Positions 1 to 8,512 of a DNA stretch of 64,000 nt are shown here, one piece after another (the stretch's first letter is position 1; every line of letters begins with the position of its first letter). The translations under genes and the position numbers were made by a program. The DNA is from an uncultured Desulfatitalea sp. (GTDB lineage: Bacteria > Desulfobacterota > Desulfobacteria > Desulfobacterales > Desulfosarcinaceae), in NCBI GenBank assembly GCA_963668675.2, contig CAXXMB010000002.1, positions 2,176,001-2,240,000 on the forward strand, written 5' to 3'. The notes below the pieces were generated by a model. That model was not told the DNA's origin, ran no database searches, and saw nothing but the letters and a program-made list of their open reading frames with translations.

Positions 1-74
1 TGTCAACTGTCTTTCTGACGGATGATTTCACAGGAGGTGCAATTGAGTATGGTGCACGATTGACCCTACTAAAG

Positions 75-120
75 AAGGCCAAATTGGGCACTATGGTACT
101 CTCCCCCAATTTGGCCTTTT
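75..120. terminator. Hairpin downstream of alaC, probable terminator
   Basis: 14-bp inverted repeat AAGGCCAAATTGGG (75-88) / CCCAATTTGGCCTT (105-118) about 25 bp after the alaC stop. Confidence 0.6.
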
Positions 121-142
121 CCACCCGACCCCAACAACCCAA

Positions 143-1351
143 TCAACCAACATCAAGCTCCTTCATGGCCCGTTTCATCTGCCGCAGCGCCTGGCGAATG
201 CGATGTTCGTTCTCCACCAGGGCGATGCGCAGGTAGCCCTCGCCCTCTTCCCCGAAGCCGATGCCCGGTGCCAGGGCGACATTGGCGCGATTCATCATCT
301 GTATGGAGAATTCCATGGAGCCCATGCGGTCGAAAGGGGGGGGGATCCTCACCCAGGCAAACATGCCCGCCTTGGGGGGTGTCACCGGCCAGTCCATGCG
401 CTCCAGCCCCTCGCAGAGCACATCGCGGCGATTCTGGTAGATGTGGGCCTGGCGGGTCACGTCCTCGTCGCAGTGGCGCAGGGCCACGATGCCGGCCACC
501 TGAATGGCCGAGAAGATGCCGTAGTCGTAGTAGCCCTTAATCTTGCGCAGGCCGGTCACCATCTCCGGATTGCCGACGCAGTAACCCAGTCGCCAGCCGG
601 CCATGTTGTATGATTTGGAGAATGAGCCGAACTCCACCCCGACATCCCTCGCCCCGGGCACCTGCATGAAACTCGGCGCCACATAGCCGTCGAAGGTGAT
701 TTTGTTGTAGGCGAAGTCGTGAATCACCATGAAGCCGTACTTTTTGGCCAGGTAGACGACCCGCTCGTAGATCTCCATGCTGCCCAGAACACCGGTGGGG
801 TTGTGGGGGTAGTTGAGAATCAACACTTTGGGCCGCGGGTAGACATTGGCGCACATGGTTTCGAGCTGTTCGAGAAATTTCCCCTCCTCTTCCAGCGGAA
901 TGCGCAGCACGCTGCCGCCGGCGATGATGGCGGCGTATATATGGACCGGAAAGGCTGGAGAAGGCACCAGCACGGTATCTCCCGGGCCGATGAGGGCCAG
1001 ACAGAGATGGGAGATGCCCTCCTTGGAGCCGATGGTGCACATCACCTCGCTGTCTCCATCCAGGGTGACACCATAATCCTTCTCGTAGCTTTTGGCGATC
1101 TCCAGGCGCAGGTTGCGCATGCCGTCGGCTGCTGGGTAGCGGTGGGTCTTGGGGTCGTTGGCCACCTCCACCAGCTTGGAGATCACCTGGTCCGGGGCCG
1201 GGTCCACGGGATTGCCCATGCCCAGGTCGATCACATCGTCGCCCTGCCAGCGCTTCTCCATCTTCATCTGGTTGATCATGCCAAACAGATAGGGCGGCAG
1301 TTGGGACATGCGCCGGGCAAACTGAATCGATTGCTGATCCTTTTGATCCAT
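143..1351 (-). CDS. alaC: PLP-dependent class I/II aminotransferase, AlaC (YfdZ)-type alanine transaminase
   Basis: LPPYLF, IDLGMGNP, TIGSKEG, P-x-HIY-A-IIAG, NYPHNPTG, SFSKSYNMAGWRLG (PLP lysine) and C-terminal RIALVENEHRIRQA resemble E. coli AlaC; AGGAG RBS. Confidence 0.8.
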   Translation of the reverse strand: MDQKDQQSIQFARRMSQLPPYLFGMINQMKMEKRWQGDDVIDLGMGNPVDPAPDQVISKLVEVANDPKTHRYPAADGMRNLRLEIAKSYEKDYGVTLDGDSEVMCTIGSKEGISHLCLALIGPGDTVLVPSPAFPVHIYAAIIAGGSVLRIPLEEEGKFLEQLETMCANVYPRPKVLILNYPHNPTGVLGSMEIYERVVYLAKKYGFMVIHDFAYNKITFDGYVAPSFMQVPGARDVGVEFGSFSKSYNMAGWRLGYCVGNPEMVTGLRKIKGYYDYGIFSAIQVAGIVALRHCDEDVTRQAHIYQNRRDVLCEGLERMDWPVTPPKAGMFAWVRIPPPFDRMGSMEFSIQMMNRANVALAPGIGFGEEGEGYLRIALVENEHRIRQALRQMKRAMKELDVG

Positions 1352-1368
1352 ATGAATTCTCCTTTTGC

Positions 1369-1405
1369 AAACAAAAGCCCCGGACCGTTGTTTCCGATCC
1401 GGGGC
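1369..1405 (-). terminator. Intrinsic terminator within the alaC leader (attenuator)
   Basis: Transcript GCCCCGGAUCG-GAAACAA-CGGUCCGGGGC-UUUUGUUU ends about 17 nt before the alaC ATG. Confidence 0.8.
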
Positions 1406-1465
1406 CTGAAAGAGAACGCCACGGACCGACCGCTACAGCCCGTGGCGTGAAGTGAACGACGTCGT

Positions 1466-1537
1466 CTATTTTTGATCGCCGCCTTCCGCCCGAGCTGTGC
1501 TGCGCGCGGCGGCCGCGGCATGGTGATGCGATTTCAT
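1466..1537 (-). CDS. Putative attenuator leader peptide, 23 aa: MKSHHHAAAAARSTARAEGGDQK
   Basis: ATG at 1537 preceded by AGAGAGGG; five consecutive Ala codons (GCC GCG GCC GCC GCG); TAG at 1468-1466; lies between a promoter and a terminator upstream of an alanine transaminase. Confidence 0.75.
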   Translation of the reverse strand: MKSHHHAAAAARSTARAEGGDQK

Positions 1538-1558
1538 GGTTGCCCTCTCTTTTGGCGC

Positions 1559-1588
1559 ACTATAGAGAGGCGTGGACCGCTTTGTCAA
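1559..1588 (-). promoter_or_regulatory. sigma70-type promoter for leader/alaC
   Basis: TTGACA (1588-1583), 18-nt spacer, TATAGT (1564-1559). Confidence 0.7.
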
Positions 1589-1753
1589 GGGGTTTGGGGG
1601 GTTAGGATCAAAAGCAGGCAGACGGAAGGCTGGAGATGAGGGGGCGTCGGTTATTGCGTCTTTGGGTTTTCGACCTTATGGTAACAATCTGCCTGTTTGC
1701 CAGGATTGTGGTAAAGTCAAAAACCGACAGGAAAAGATGAGTTGAATCCGAAG

Positions 1754-2374
1754 ATGAGACAAACGAAGATCCATTTGGTGCGCCATGGAGAGGTGCACAA
1801 TCCGGAAAAGGTCCTATACGGCCGCCTGCCGGGCTTCAGGCTGAGTGACAACGGTCGCCGCCAGGCCCGTGAGGCTGGCCGATACCTATCCACGCTGCCC
1901 ATTCGGGCCATCTATTCGAGCCCTCTGCTGAGGGCCCGCCAGACGGCGGATGAACTGCTTGAATTCCAACCCCACCTCCGCCGGCACATCTCCGCGCAGC
2001 TCAACGAAGTTTACACTGTTTATGAGGGCGTGCCGGGTGACCAGGTGGATCGTAAGCGCGGCGATATATACACCGGTGCAGGTAACGGATACGAACAACC
2101 ATCGGATGTGTTTGCACGGGCAGAGACGTTTTTCAAGCGCATGCTGAGGCAGTATGAAGGCGAGCAGGTGGCGGCCGTCACCCATGGGGATGTGGTGACC
2201 TTTACCGTGCTGTGGGCATTGGGAGAGGAGCTGATACCGCGCAACAAAACACGCCTTAAAGCCGCCGGCTATCCGGTCGGTTACCCGGCCCACGCCTCCG
2301 TGACCACCTTGATTTTTGACGCACCGGCGACGGATGAGCGGCCAGCAGTAGCGTATGAGCAACCCTGGCGGTAA
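1754..2374 (+). CDS. Histidine phosphatase (phosphoglycerate mutase-like) family protein
   Basis: LVRHGE, IYSSPLLRARQTA, LNE and VTHG motifs; alternative TTG start at 1742. Confidence 0.85.
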   Translation: MRQTKIHLVRHGEVHNPEKVLYGRLPGFRLSDNGRRQAREAGRYLSTLPIRAIYSSPLLRARQTADELLEFQPHLRRHISAQLNEVYTVYEGVPGDQVDRKRGDIYTGAGNGYEQPSDVFARAETFFKRMLRQYEGEQVAAVTHGDVVTFTVLWALGEELIPRNKTRLKAAGYPVGYPAHASVTTLIFDAPATDERPAVAYEQPWR

Positions 2375-2399
2375 TTTCAACCAAAAGAGGAGTGTGAAC

Positions 2400-3374
2400 A
2401 TGGCCACTGATAAGGCGTTGGATCAGGCCAAGGGCGGTCTGGAAACAGCCACCCTCTGGGACAGCTTCAAGCTTGCAGCCGTTGTGGCGGCACCGGTCTA
2501 CTTCGACAGAGAGGCCTCCACGGAGAAAGCCTGCCGGCTCATCCAGGACGCCGCCGGCAAGGGAGCCGTTCTGGCCGCTTTCGGCGAAACCTGGCTGCCG
2601 GGATATCCATGGTGGATCCGATCGGAAGGATTCTCCTCAGGCCTCCAGATGAAGTGCCGGGCCGAGTATATCGCCAGTGCGATTCGCATACCCGGAGTGG
2701 AAACCGATCAGTTGTGCAGTGCGGCCAAACAGGCGGGCATCGATGTGGTGATCGGTGTGGTCGAACGAGACCCCACCACCGAGGCCACCGTCTACTGCAC
2801 CTTGCTCTTTATCGGCCGCGAAGGCAAGCTTCTCGGCCGGCACCGCAAACTCAAGCCGACCGATTATGAGCGGCGGGTCTGGGGTGAAGGGGACGCCGTG
2901 GGCCTGACGACCCATGAGAGACCCTATGCCAGAATCAGCGGCCTCAACTGCTGGGAGCACCGCATGATGCTTCCCGGCTACGCACTGGCCGCCCAAGGAA
3001 CCCAAATCCATGTCGCCGTATGGCCCAGCGGCAGTGAAGACATCCTCGCCCGGGCGTTTGCCCAGCAGGCGTCCTGCTACGTCATCTCCGTCGGAGGACT
3101 CTTGCGCGACCAGGACATCCCGGCGCCTTACCGCACCCTCTTTCCAGAGCCCTCCAGCCTGGATGCGGGCTGCAGCATTATCGCCCCGGACGGGGAGATC
3201 ATAGCGGGCACGACCCGGGCCGAGGAGACGATCGTCATCGCAGAGGTTTCGCCGTCCCGCATACTGGCAGCCAAGTCGATTTGCGATATCGGCGGACACT
3301 ATTCCCGACCGGATGTATTGAAGCTGGAAGTGAATAAACGACCCCTGAGCCGCATAGGGTTTGGGAAAGAATAG
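2400..3374 (+). CDS. Carbon-nitrogen hydrolase, nitrilase family
   Basis: Glu-Lys-Cys triad motifs GETWLPGYP, RHRKLKPT, NCWEH and C-terminal GHYSRPDV; GAGGAG RBS before ATG 2400. Confidence 0.9.
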   Translation: MATDKALDQAKGGLETATLWDSFKLAAVVAAPVYFDREASTEKACRLIQDAAGKGAVLAAFGETWLPGYPWWIRSEGFSSGLQMKCRAEYIASAIRIPGVETDQLCSAAKQAGIDVVIGVVERDPTTEATVYCTLLFIGREGKLLGRHRKLKPTDYERRVWGEGDAVGLTTHERPYARISGLNCWEHRMMLPGYALAAQGTQIHVAVWPSGSEDILARAFAQQASCYVISVGGLLRDQDIPAPYRTLFPEPSSLDAGCSIIAPDGEIIAGTTRAEETIVIAEVSPSRILAAKSICDIGGHYSRPDVLKLEVNKRPLSRIGFGKE

Positions 3375-3492
3375 CTCCGTCTTTTATTCTGGTTGTCAAA
3401 AGCGTTTTCCGTTCGAACTCCGGTCGCTGGGACGCCAGATACCCCATGCGGATGCATCACAAGATTCAAGTGCCGCTAGGGGTGTGCTACGG

Positions 3493-3532
3493 GCGGCCTG
3501 CAAATTCGCTGCGCTCAAACAGTGCAGGCCGC
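3493..3532. repeat. Intergenic stem-loop between convergent genes
   Basis: GCGGCCTGCA (3493-3502) / TGCAGGCCGC (3523-3532) flank the loop AATTCGCTGCGCTCAAACAG. Confidence 0.5.
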
Positions 3533-3547
3533 TGATCCTCCACACAT

Positions 3548-5503
3548 TTAGGGCTCACTCAACTCCTTCAGATCCGCATAGTGATCCAGCACTTCAGGAT
3601 TGCTCAGGGCGTCCTTGTTGAGCACCGGTTCGCCCTGGATCACTTTCTTGACGGCCAGCTCCACCTTTTTCATGTTCAAGGTGTAGGGAATGTCCGGCAC
3701 CGCGATGATCTTGGCCGGTACGTGGCGCGGTGATGCATTGGCCCGCAGTGTGCTTCTTATGGTCTGCTTAAGTGCATCATCCAACACGGCCGCTTCAGCC
3801 ATCTTGACGAAGAGGATCACGCGCACATCTCCCTTCCAGGGCTGCCCGATCACCAGGCTGTCCTCGATACCGTCGATCGCCTCCATCTGCCGGTAGATTT
3901 CGGCTGTGCCGATGCGCACGCCGCCCGGATTCAAGGTGGCGTCCGAGCGGCCGTAGATGACCACTCCGCCGTGATCGTTGATTTCGATAAAGTCGCCGTG
4001 GCGCCACACGTTGGGATACACATCGAAGTAGGCGTTGTGGTACTTCTCCCCTTCCGGATCTTCCCAGAAGTAGATCGGCATGGAGGGTGCCGGTGCCGTG
4101 CAGACCAGCTCGCCCTGCTGGTTGGTCACCGCTTTGCCCGTTTCGTCGAAGGCGGCCACGCTCATGCCCAGGAAACGGCACTGCAACTCACCAGCGTAGA
4201 CCGGCGCCATGGGGTTGCCACCGGCGAAGCATCCGTTGATGTCTGAACCGCCCGAGATCGAAGCCAGTTGGAGATCCTTTTTGATATGGGCGTAGACGAA
4301 CTCGAAGCCCTCGACCGACAGCGGGGAGCCGGTGGAGAGAATGGCGCGCAGGGGAGCCAGGTCGTAAGCCTCTTTGGGCTTCAGGCCCGTGTTCTGCAGG
4401 GCGGCGATGTAACCGGCGCTGGTTCCGAAGACAGTGATCTTCTCCTCTTGGGCCATCTGCCAGAGGGCGCCGGCATCGGGATGGAAGGGGTTGCCGTCGT
4501 ATAGTACGACTTTGGCACCTACTCCCAGGGCGCAGACCAGCCAGTTCCACATCATCCAGCCACAGGTGGTGAAGTAGAAGATGGTGTCGTCACGCTTGAG
4601 ATCCACATGCAGCAGGTGCTCTTTCATCTGGTTGATGAGGATCCCGCCGGCGCTCTGCACCATGCACTTGGGCAGCCCGGTGGTGCCGGAGGTGAACATG
4701 ATGTAGAGGGGGTGGCCGAAAGGCAGTTGTTCGAATTCGATCTCCAGCGGGGCCTCCTTGGCCCGGAAATCTTCATAGCTCACGGCATTGGGAAGGGCGT
4801 TGATGTCGGGAGAGGTGTCTGCGTAAGGGACCACGACCACCTTCTCGATCTCGGGTATGGATTGCAGGATGCTTTGCATGCGCTCCAAAGAGTCGATGCG
4901 CTTGCCTTTGAACCAGTAACCATCCGCCGTAAAGACCACTTTGGGTTTGATCTGTCCGAAGCGGTCGAGCACCCCCTTGATACCGAAATCGGGCGAGCAC
5001 GACGACCAGACGGCGCCGATGCTGGCCGTGGCCAGCATGGCAATGACCGCGTGGGGCATGTTGGGCAGAAAGCCGCCCACCCGGTCGCCCACCGTGACAC
5101 CGGCCGCGCGCAGCGCCCAGGCTACGCGGGCCACTTCGTTATAGAGTTCGGCATAGGTCATCTGTATGGCGACGCGATCTTCTCCACGGAAGGAGAGGGC
5201 CACCCGGTCGTCGCGAAAGCGCAGAAGGTTCTGGGCGAAATTGAGACGCGCTCTTGAAAACCACTTGGCACCGGGCATTCGTTTCGGGTCGTCGATCACC
5301 TCCGCGTAGGGCTGTGAGGCTTTGATTTCGGAAAAATCCCACATGGCGGACCAGAAATCGGGGATGTTGGCCACCGACCATCGATAGAGCGAATCATAGT
5401 CATTGAAGCTCTGATGATAGCGCTGGTTGACCATCTGCATGAAACGGTACAGGTTGCTCTTTTCAATGCGCTTCCGGGAAGGCTGCCAAAGCATCTTGCT
5501 CAT
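3548..5503 (-). CDS. Acetoacetate-CoA ligase (acetoacetyl-CoA synthetase)
   Basis: AMP-binding YIMFTSGTTGLPKC; family motifs TCGWMMWNW, SISGGSD, WRHGD, GRSDATLNPGGVRIGTAEIY. Confidence 0.92.
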   Translation of the reverse strand: MSKMLWQPSRKRIEKSNLYRFMQMVNQRYHQSFNDYDSLYRWSVANIPDFWSAMWDFSEIKASQPYAEVIDDPKRMPGAKWFSRARLNFAQNLLRFRDDRVALSFRGEDRVAIQMTYAELYNEVARVAWALRAAGVTVGDRVGGFLPNMPHAVIAMLATASIGAVWSSCSPDFGIKGVLDRFGQIKPKVVFTADGYWFKGKRIDSLERMQSILQSIPEIEKVVVVPYADTSPDINALPNAVSYEDFRAKEAPLEIEFEQLPFGHPLYIMFTSGTTGLPKCMVQSAGGILINQMKEHLLHVDLKRDDTIFYFTTCGWMMWNWLVCALGVGAKVVLYDGNPFHPDAGALWQMAQEEKITVFGTSAGYIAALQNTGLKPKEAYDLAPLRAILSTGSPLSVEGFEFVYAHIKKDLQLASISGGSDINGCFAGGNPMAPVYAGELQCRFLGMSVAAFDETGKAVTNQQGELVCTAPAPSMPIYFWEDPEGEKYHNAYFDVYPNVWRHGDFIEINDHGGVVIYGRSDATLNPGGVRIGTAEIYRQMEAIDGIEDSLVIGQPWKGDVRVILFVKMAEAAVLDDALKQTIRSTLRANASPRHVPAKIIAVPDIPYTLNMKKVELAVKKVIQGEPVLNKDALSNPEVLDHYADLKELSEP

Positions 5504-5581
5504 CTAATCCTCCTTTGTGGTCCTCCTTCGTGGTCCTCTTTCTTGGAAAGCGTGCACCGGGGTGGAAAGGATGTCTCTATC

Positions 5582-5610
5582 ATTGCAATGTATCCGGGCC
5601 GGCATGTCAA
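5582..5610 (-). promoter_or_regulatory. Possible sigma70 promoter of acetoacetate-CoA ligase
   Basis: TTGACA (5610-5605), 17-nt spacer, TGCAAT (5587-5582). Confidence 0.4.
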
Positions 5611-5661
5611 GTATCAAAAAAGGGAGCACCGGCGTTTACCGGCGGTCAGGCACAAAGGAGA

Positions 5662-6435
5662 TTACGAGCGACGGAACACGAACTGGTTGCAACCCGTCCA
5701 GCCGGCACTGGAAGTCGTGTGGACGATCTCGAATCCGTACCGGCCAAACAGGGTGATGATCTCTTCCCGGTGGGCGTATTCATACGGGTAGCCGCCCAGC
5801 CAGTCTCGTAGATCGAAGGCGTAGGACATTCCGCGGCTCGTTTGCGGTTTTTTGCGGCTGGCGCCCAACGGATGTCGTAAGTAACGAATGGGATAGAAGA
5901 GGGAGAACATGCCCTTCTGCACGAGCGGCGGGACGCGGTTGTAGATGATCTTGACCCGTTTCCAGATCGGTGAACTCCAGTGATGGTTGTAGATGGCCAG
6001 AATCAGCGCACCGTCCGGTCTCACCAATCCGGCCACACTGTCGAAAGCCCTCTTCATATCGCCCGTATGGTGAAGGGCGCCCCAGCTGTGGACGATGTCG
6101 TAGCCTCCCTCGGACAAAGCGGTTCTGATGAACCTGCTGTCCAGTATGGAGACCGTTTGGGTCGTTGGCCGAGGAAGGTGGGCGAAGTGGCGATGGGTGA
6201 TCGCCAGGGCCTGTTCACAGAGAGGATCGATGTCGATGCCATATGCCCGGGCGCCCTTCTCCATCGCCAGAAAGAGCGCCAGGCCCTGACCGTATCCCAC
6301 ATCGAGGAAGCGTTTACCCCTAAAGTCGATGCCGTTGGTTAGCGTGGAAAATGCTTCTCTCGCTTCGCAAATGCTTGTTTCGTCAAGCGCCTGGGAAGAA
6401 AAGGCCTTCCAATTGGCACCGAACGAGAACCTCAT
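5662..6435 (-). CDS. Class I SAM-dependent methyltransferase
   Basis: FLDVGYGQG motif I, YDIVHSWGALHHTG, DWLGGYPYE; start MRFSFGANW after GGAGG. Confidence 0.85.
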   Translation of the reverse strand: MRFSFGANWKAFSSQALDETSICEAREAFSTLTNGIDFRGKRFLDVGYGQGLALFLAMEKGARAYGIDIDPLCEQALAITHRHFAHLPRPTTQTVSILDSRFIRTALSEGGYDIVHSWGALHHTGDMKRAFDSVAGLVRPDGALILAIYNHHWSSPIWKRVKIIYNRVPPLVQKGMFSLFYPIRYLRHPLGASRKKPQTSRGMSYAFDLRDWLGGYPYEYAHREEIITLFGRYGFEIVHTTSSAGWTGCNQFVFRRS

Positions 6436-6463
6436 TTTCGCCCCTCCGATAATCAACAAGCTT

Positions 6464-6487
6464 AGGGGCACGATGCATCGTGCCCCT
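6464..6487. repeat. REP-like perfect palindrome (GTAG-family-like)
   Basis: AGGGGCACGATGCATCGTGCCCCT is a 24-bp self-complementary sequence preceded by T (TAGGGGC start as at 27384 and 42525). Confidence 0.6.
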
Positions 6488-6544
6488 GCAAGATGAAGCG
6501 TCATCCCTTTCCAACGCACGTCCCGCCGTCCTCCGACGATTTAA

Positions 6545-7252
6545 CTATCCGGGCAATTTGACATGATGAAACGCTTCGGCCAGCTCATAGCCGCTGCCCT
6601 TGGCCAGATTGTGATAGCGCTTGCGCATCCAGGCGTCCAGATCGCCCGCCTTCAGCTCCCGCATCTGGCTGGCGTGGCATTTGAGGGCCTTCAGCTTCAG
6701 GTCGAATGTCTGGGTGATATCCGAGTAGTAGTTGATATCTTCAGCCCCGAAGAAGTAAAGTTCCCTCACCTTGTGCGGCTCGAAGCCCTGTTCGAGCAGG
6801 TCGGGGTAGGCGCCGTGGTCGCGTGCAAAGGGAAAGGCCGCATCCAGAACCACCTGACCGATATTGCGGTGGTCACGATGCCATACATAACGGCGGTAGG
6901 GGTCTGTGGTGATTACGGTGTGGGGCCGGTAGGTACGGATCACCTGCACGATATGTTTGCGCATCTCGGAGGTGTCTTCGATGCTCTGATCCGGGTAGCG
7001 CAGAAATTCGACGTCGCGTACACCAAGCACCTCGGCCGCCGCTCGCTGCTCCTTCTCCCGTATAACGGCCAGTTTTTCGGGTGTCATGGCACGATCCGTG
7101 GTGCCCTTCTCACCGCTGGTGCACAGCACATAGGCGACCGAACGGCCCTCCTTGATCCAGCGGGCCACGGTGCCGGCGGTGCCGTACTCCGCATCGTCGG
7201 GGTGGGCGGTGATGACGAGGATATCAACAGGTGCTTTTAGAACTGAGCTCAC
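6545..7252 (-). CDS. PIG-L/LmbE family N-acetylglucosaminide deacetylase (MshB/BshB-like)
   Basis: AHPDDAE, TSGEKG, HRDH and K-x-ALKCHASQ motifs; GTG start overlaps the upstream stop (GTGA). Confidence 0.85.
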   Translation of the reverse strand: MSSVLKAPVDILVITAHPDDAEYGTAGTVARWIKEGRSVAYVLCTSGEKGTTDRAMTPEKLAVIREKEQRAAAEVLGVRDVEFLRYPDQSIEDTSEMRKHIVQVIRTYRPHTVITTDPYRRYVWHRDHRNIGQVVLDAAFPFARDHGAYPDLLEQGFEPHKVRELYFFGAEDINYYSDITQTFDLKLKALKCHASQMRELKAGDLDAWMRKRYHNLAKGSGYELAEAFHHVKLPG

Positions 7253-8505
7253 GTCGGTTCGTTTCCTTTCAAATCGAAGCCATGGTGTTGATGATGGATT
7301 GTGCTTTTCAGCAGGCAAACATAAACAGCGACCATGGCCGCGGCAATGCCCTGCCAGTTATACGGTGTGACCGTGGATCGAATCCGTTCAACGGCCAGAC
7401 GATTGCCGGCCGTCAAGCGTTCGAACCCCCGGACCAGGCTGTCGATGTTGTTGTTCTCCAGCAGGGTGCCGTTGACCCCCTCTTCGACCAGTGTCGGGGC
7501 GATACCCACCCGCGTGGCTATCACTGGCGTTCCGCAGGCCATCGCTTCGAGCAGGACCAGCCCGAAGCTCTCATAGTCCGACGGCAGCGCCAGCAGATCG
7601 GCCGCACTATAATAGAGGGGCAGCGCCTGCTGTTCGACCCGGCCCGCAAAATGAACGCGCTCTTCAAGATGGTGTTGAGAGACAGCGGCTTTGAGCGTTT
7701 GTGTGCTGAGGTCGTCGGGGTCGTCTCCACCGACAAGGACCAGATGCGCATTGCGCCCCTGTGAGCGAAGCTGCGCCACCGCCGAGACCAGACGATCGAC
7801 GCGTTTCAGCGGTGCAAAGCGCCCGACATAGAGGATCAACGTCCCATCTTCCGGCAGATGCAACCGGCCCCGGGCCATTGGTCGATCAACGGGTCTGAAA
7901 AGCGCCATGTCGACGCCGCCGGGAATGATGCTGATCCTGGATCGCTCCGCCCCATAGGTCTCCTCCAGAAAATGCCCCTCACCCGGGACCGGCACGATGA
8001 TGCGGTCGGCATTGGTGACCAGCCGCCGTTCGCTGGCCAGGCGCAGGTCCGGTTCGTTCTCCATGTCCGAATCCCTGTTCTTACGGGCGGCCAGGGTGTG
8101 AAACATGGTCACATGGTGACATGGCCACCCTTGCCGGGCCAGACTTCCCACCACACCGGAGAGCCAGTAGTGGCTATGGACAATATCGTAGGTGCGCCCC
8201 TGGGCATGCCGGAAGCGGTCCAACGCTTCGAACACCTGGGGCAGCTGCACGGACAGGGCCTCTTTGGACCCCGGCGCCTCTGCACTCTTCCCCAGACGGA
8301 TCAGGCGCACATTGGAAAAGAGCCGCACCTCAGGTTCGCCTGACCCCACACAGGTAAAGATATCGACCCTGTGCCCGTCGGCCCCTAACCAACGCGCCAG
8401 CTCCCGCACATAGACACTCATGCCGCCCGTATTCTGAGCGCCCAAAGGACCGATGGGGCTGGAGTGGAGGGAAAGCATGGCGATATTTAGGTTTCGGGTG
8501 GTCAT
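7249..8505 (-). CDS. GT4 glycosyltransferase, MshA (D-inositol-3-phosphate glycosyltransferase)-like
   Basis: IAMLSLHSSP-x8-TGGMSVYV, YDIVHSHYWLSG, TMFHTL and ESFGLVLLEAMACGTPV match MshA signatures. Confidence 0.8.
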   Translation of the reverse strand: MTTRNLNIAMLSLHSSPIGPLGAQNTGGMSVYVRELARWLGADGHRVDIFTCVGSGEPEVRLFSNVRLIRLGKSAEAPGSKEALSVQLPQVFEALDRFRHAQGRTYDIVHSHYWLSGVVGSLARQGWPCHHVTMFHTLAARKNRDSDMENEPDLRLASERRLVTNADRIIVPVPGEGHFLEETYGAERSRISIIPGGVDMALFRPVDRPMARGRLHLPEDGTLILYVGRFAPLKRVDRLVSAVAQLRSQGRNAHLVLVGGDDPDDLSTQTLKAAVSQHHLEERVHFAGRVEQQALPLYYSAADLLALPSDYESFGLVLLEAMACGTPVIATRVGIAPTLVEEGVNGTLLENNNIDSLVRGFERLTAGNRLAVERIRSTVTPYNWQGIAAAMVAVYVCLLKSTIHHQHHGFDLKGNEPT

Positions 8506-8512
8506 GGCGTAC

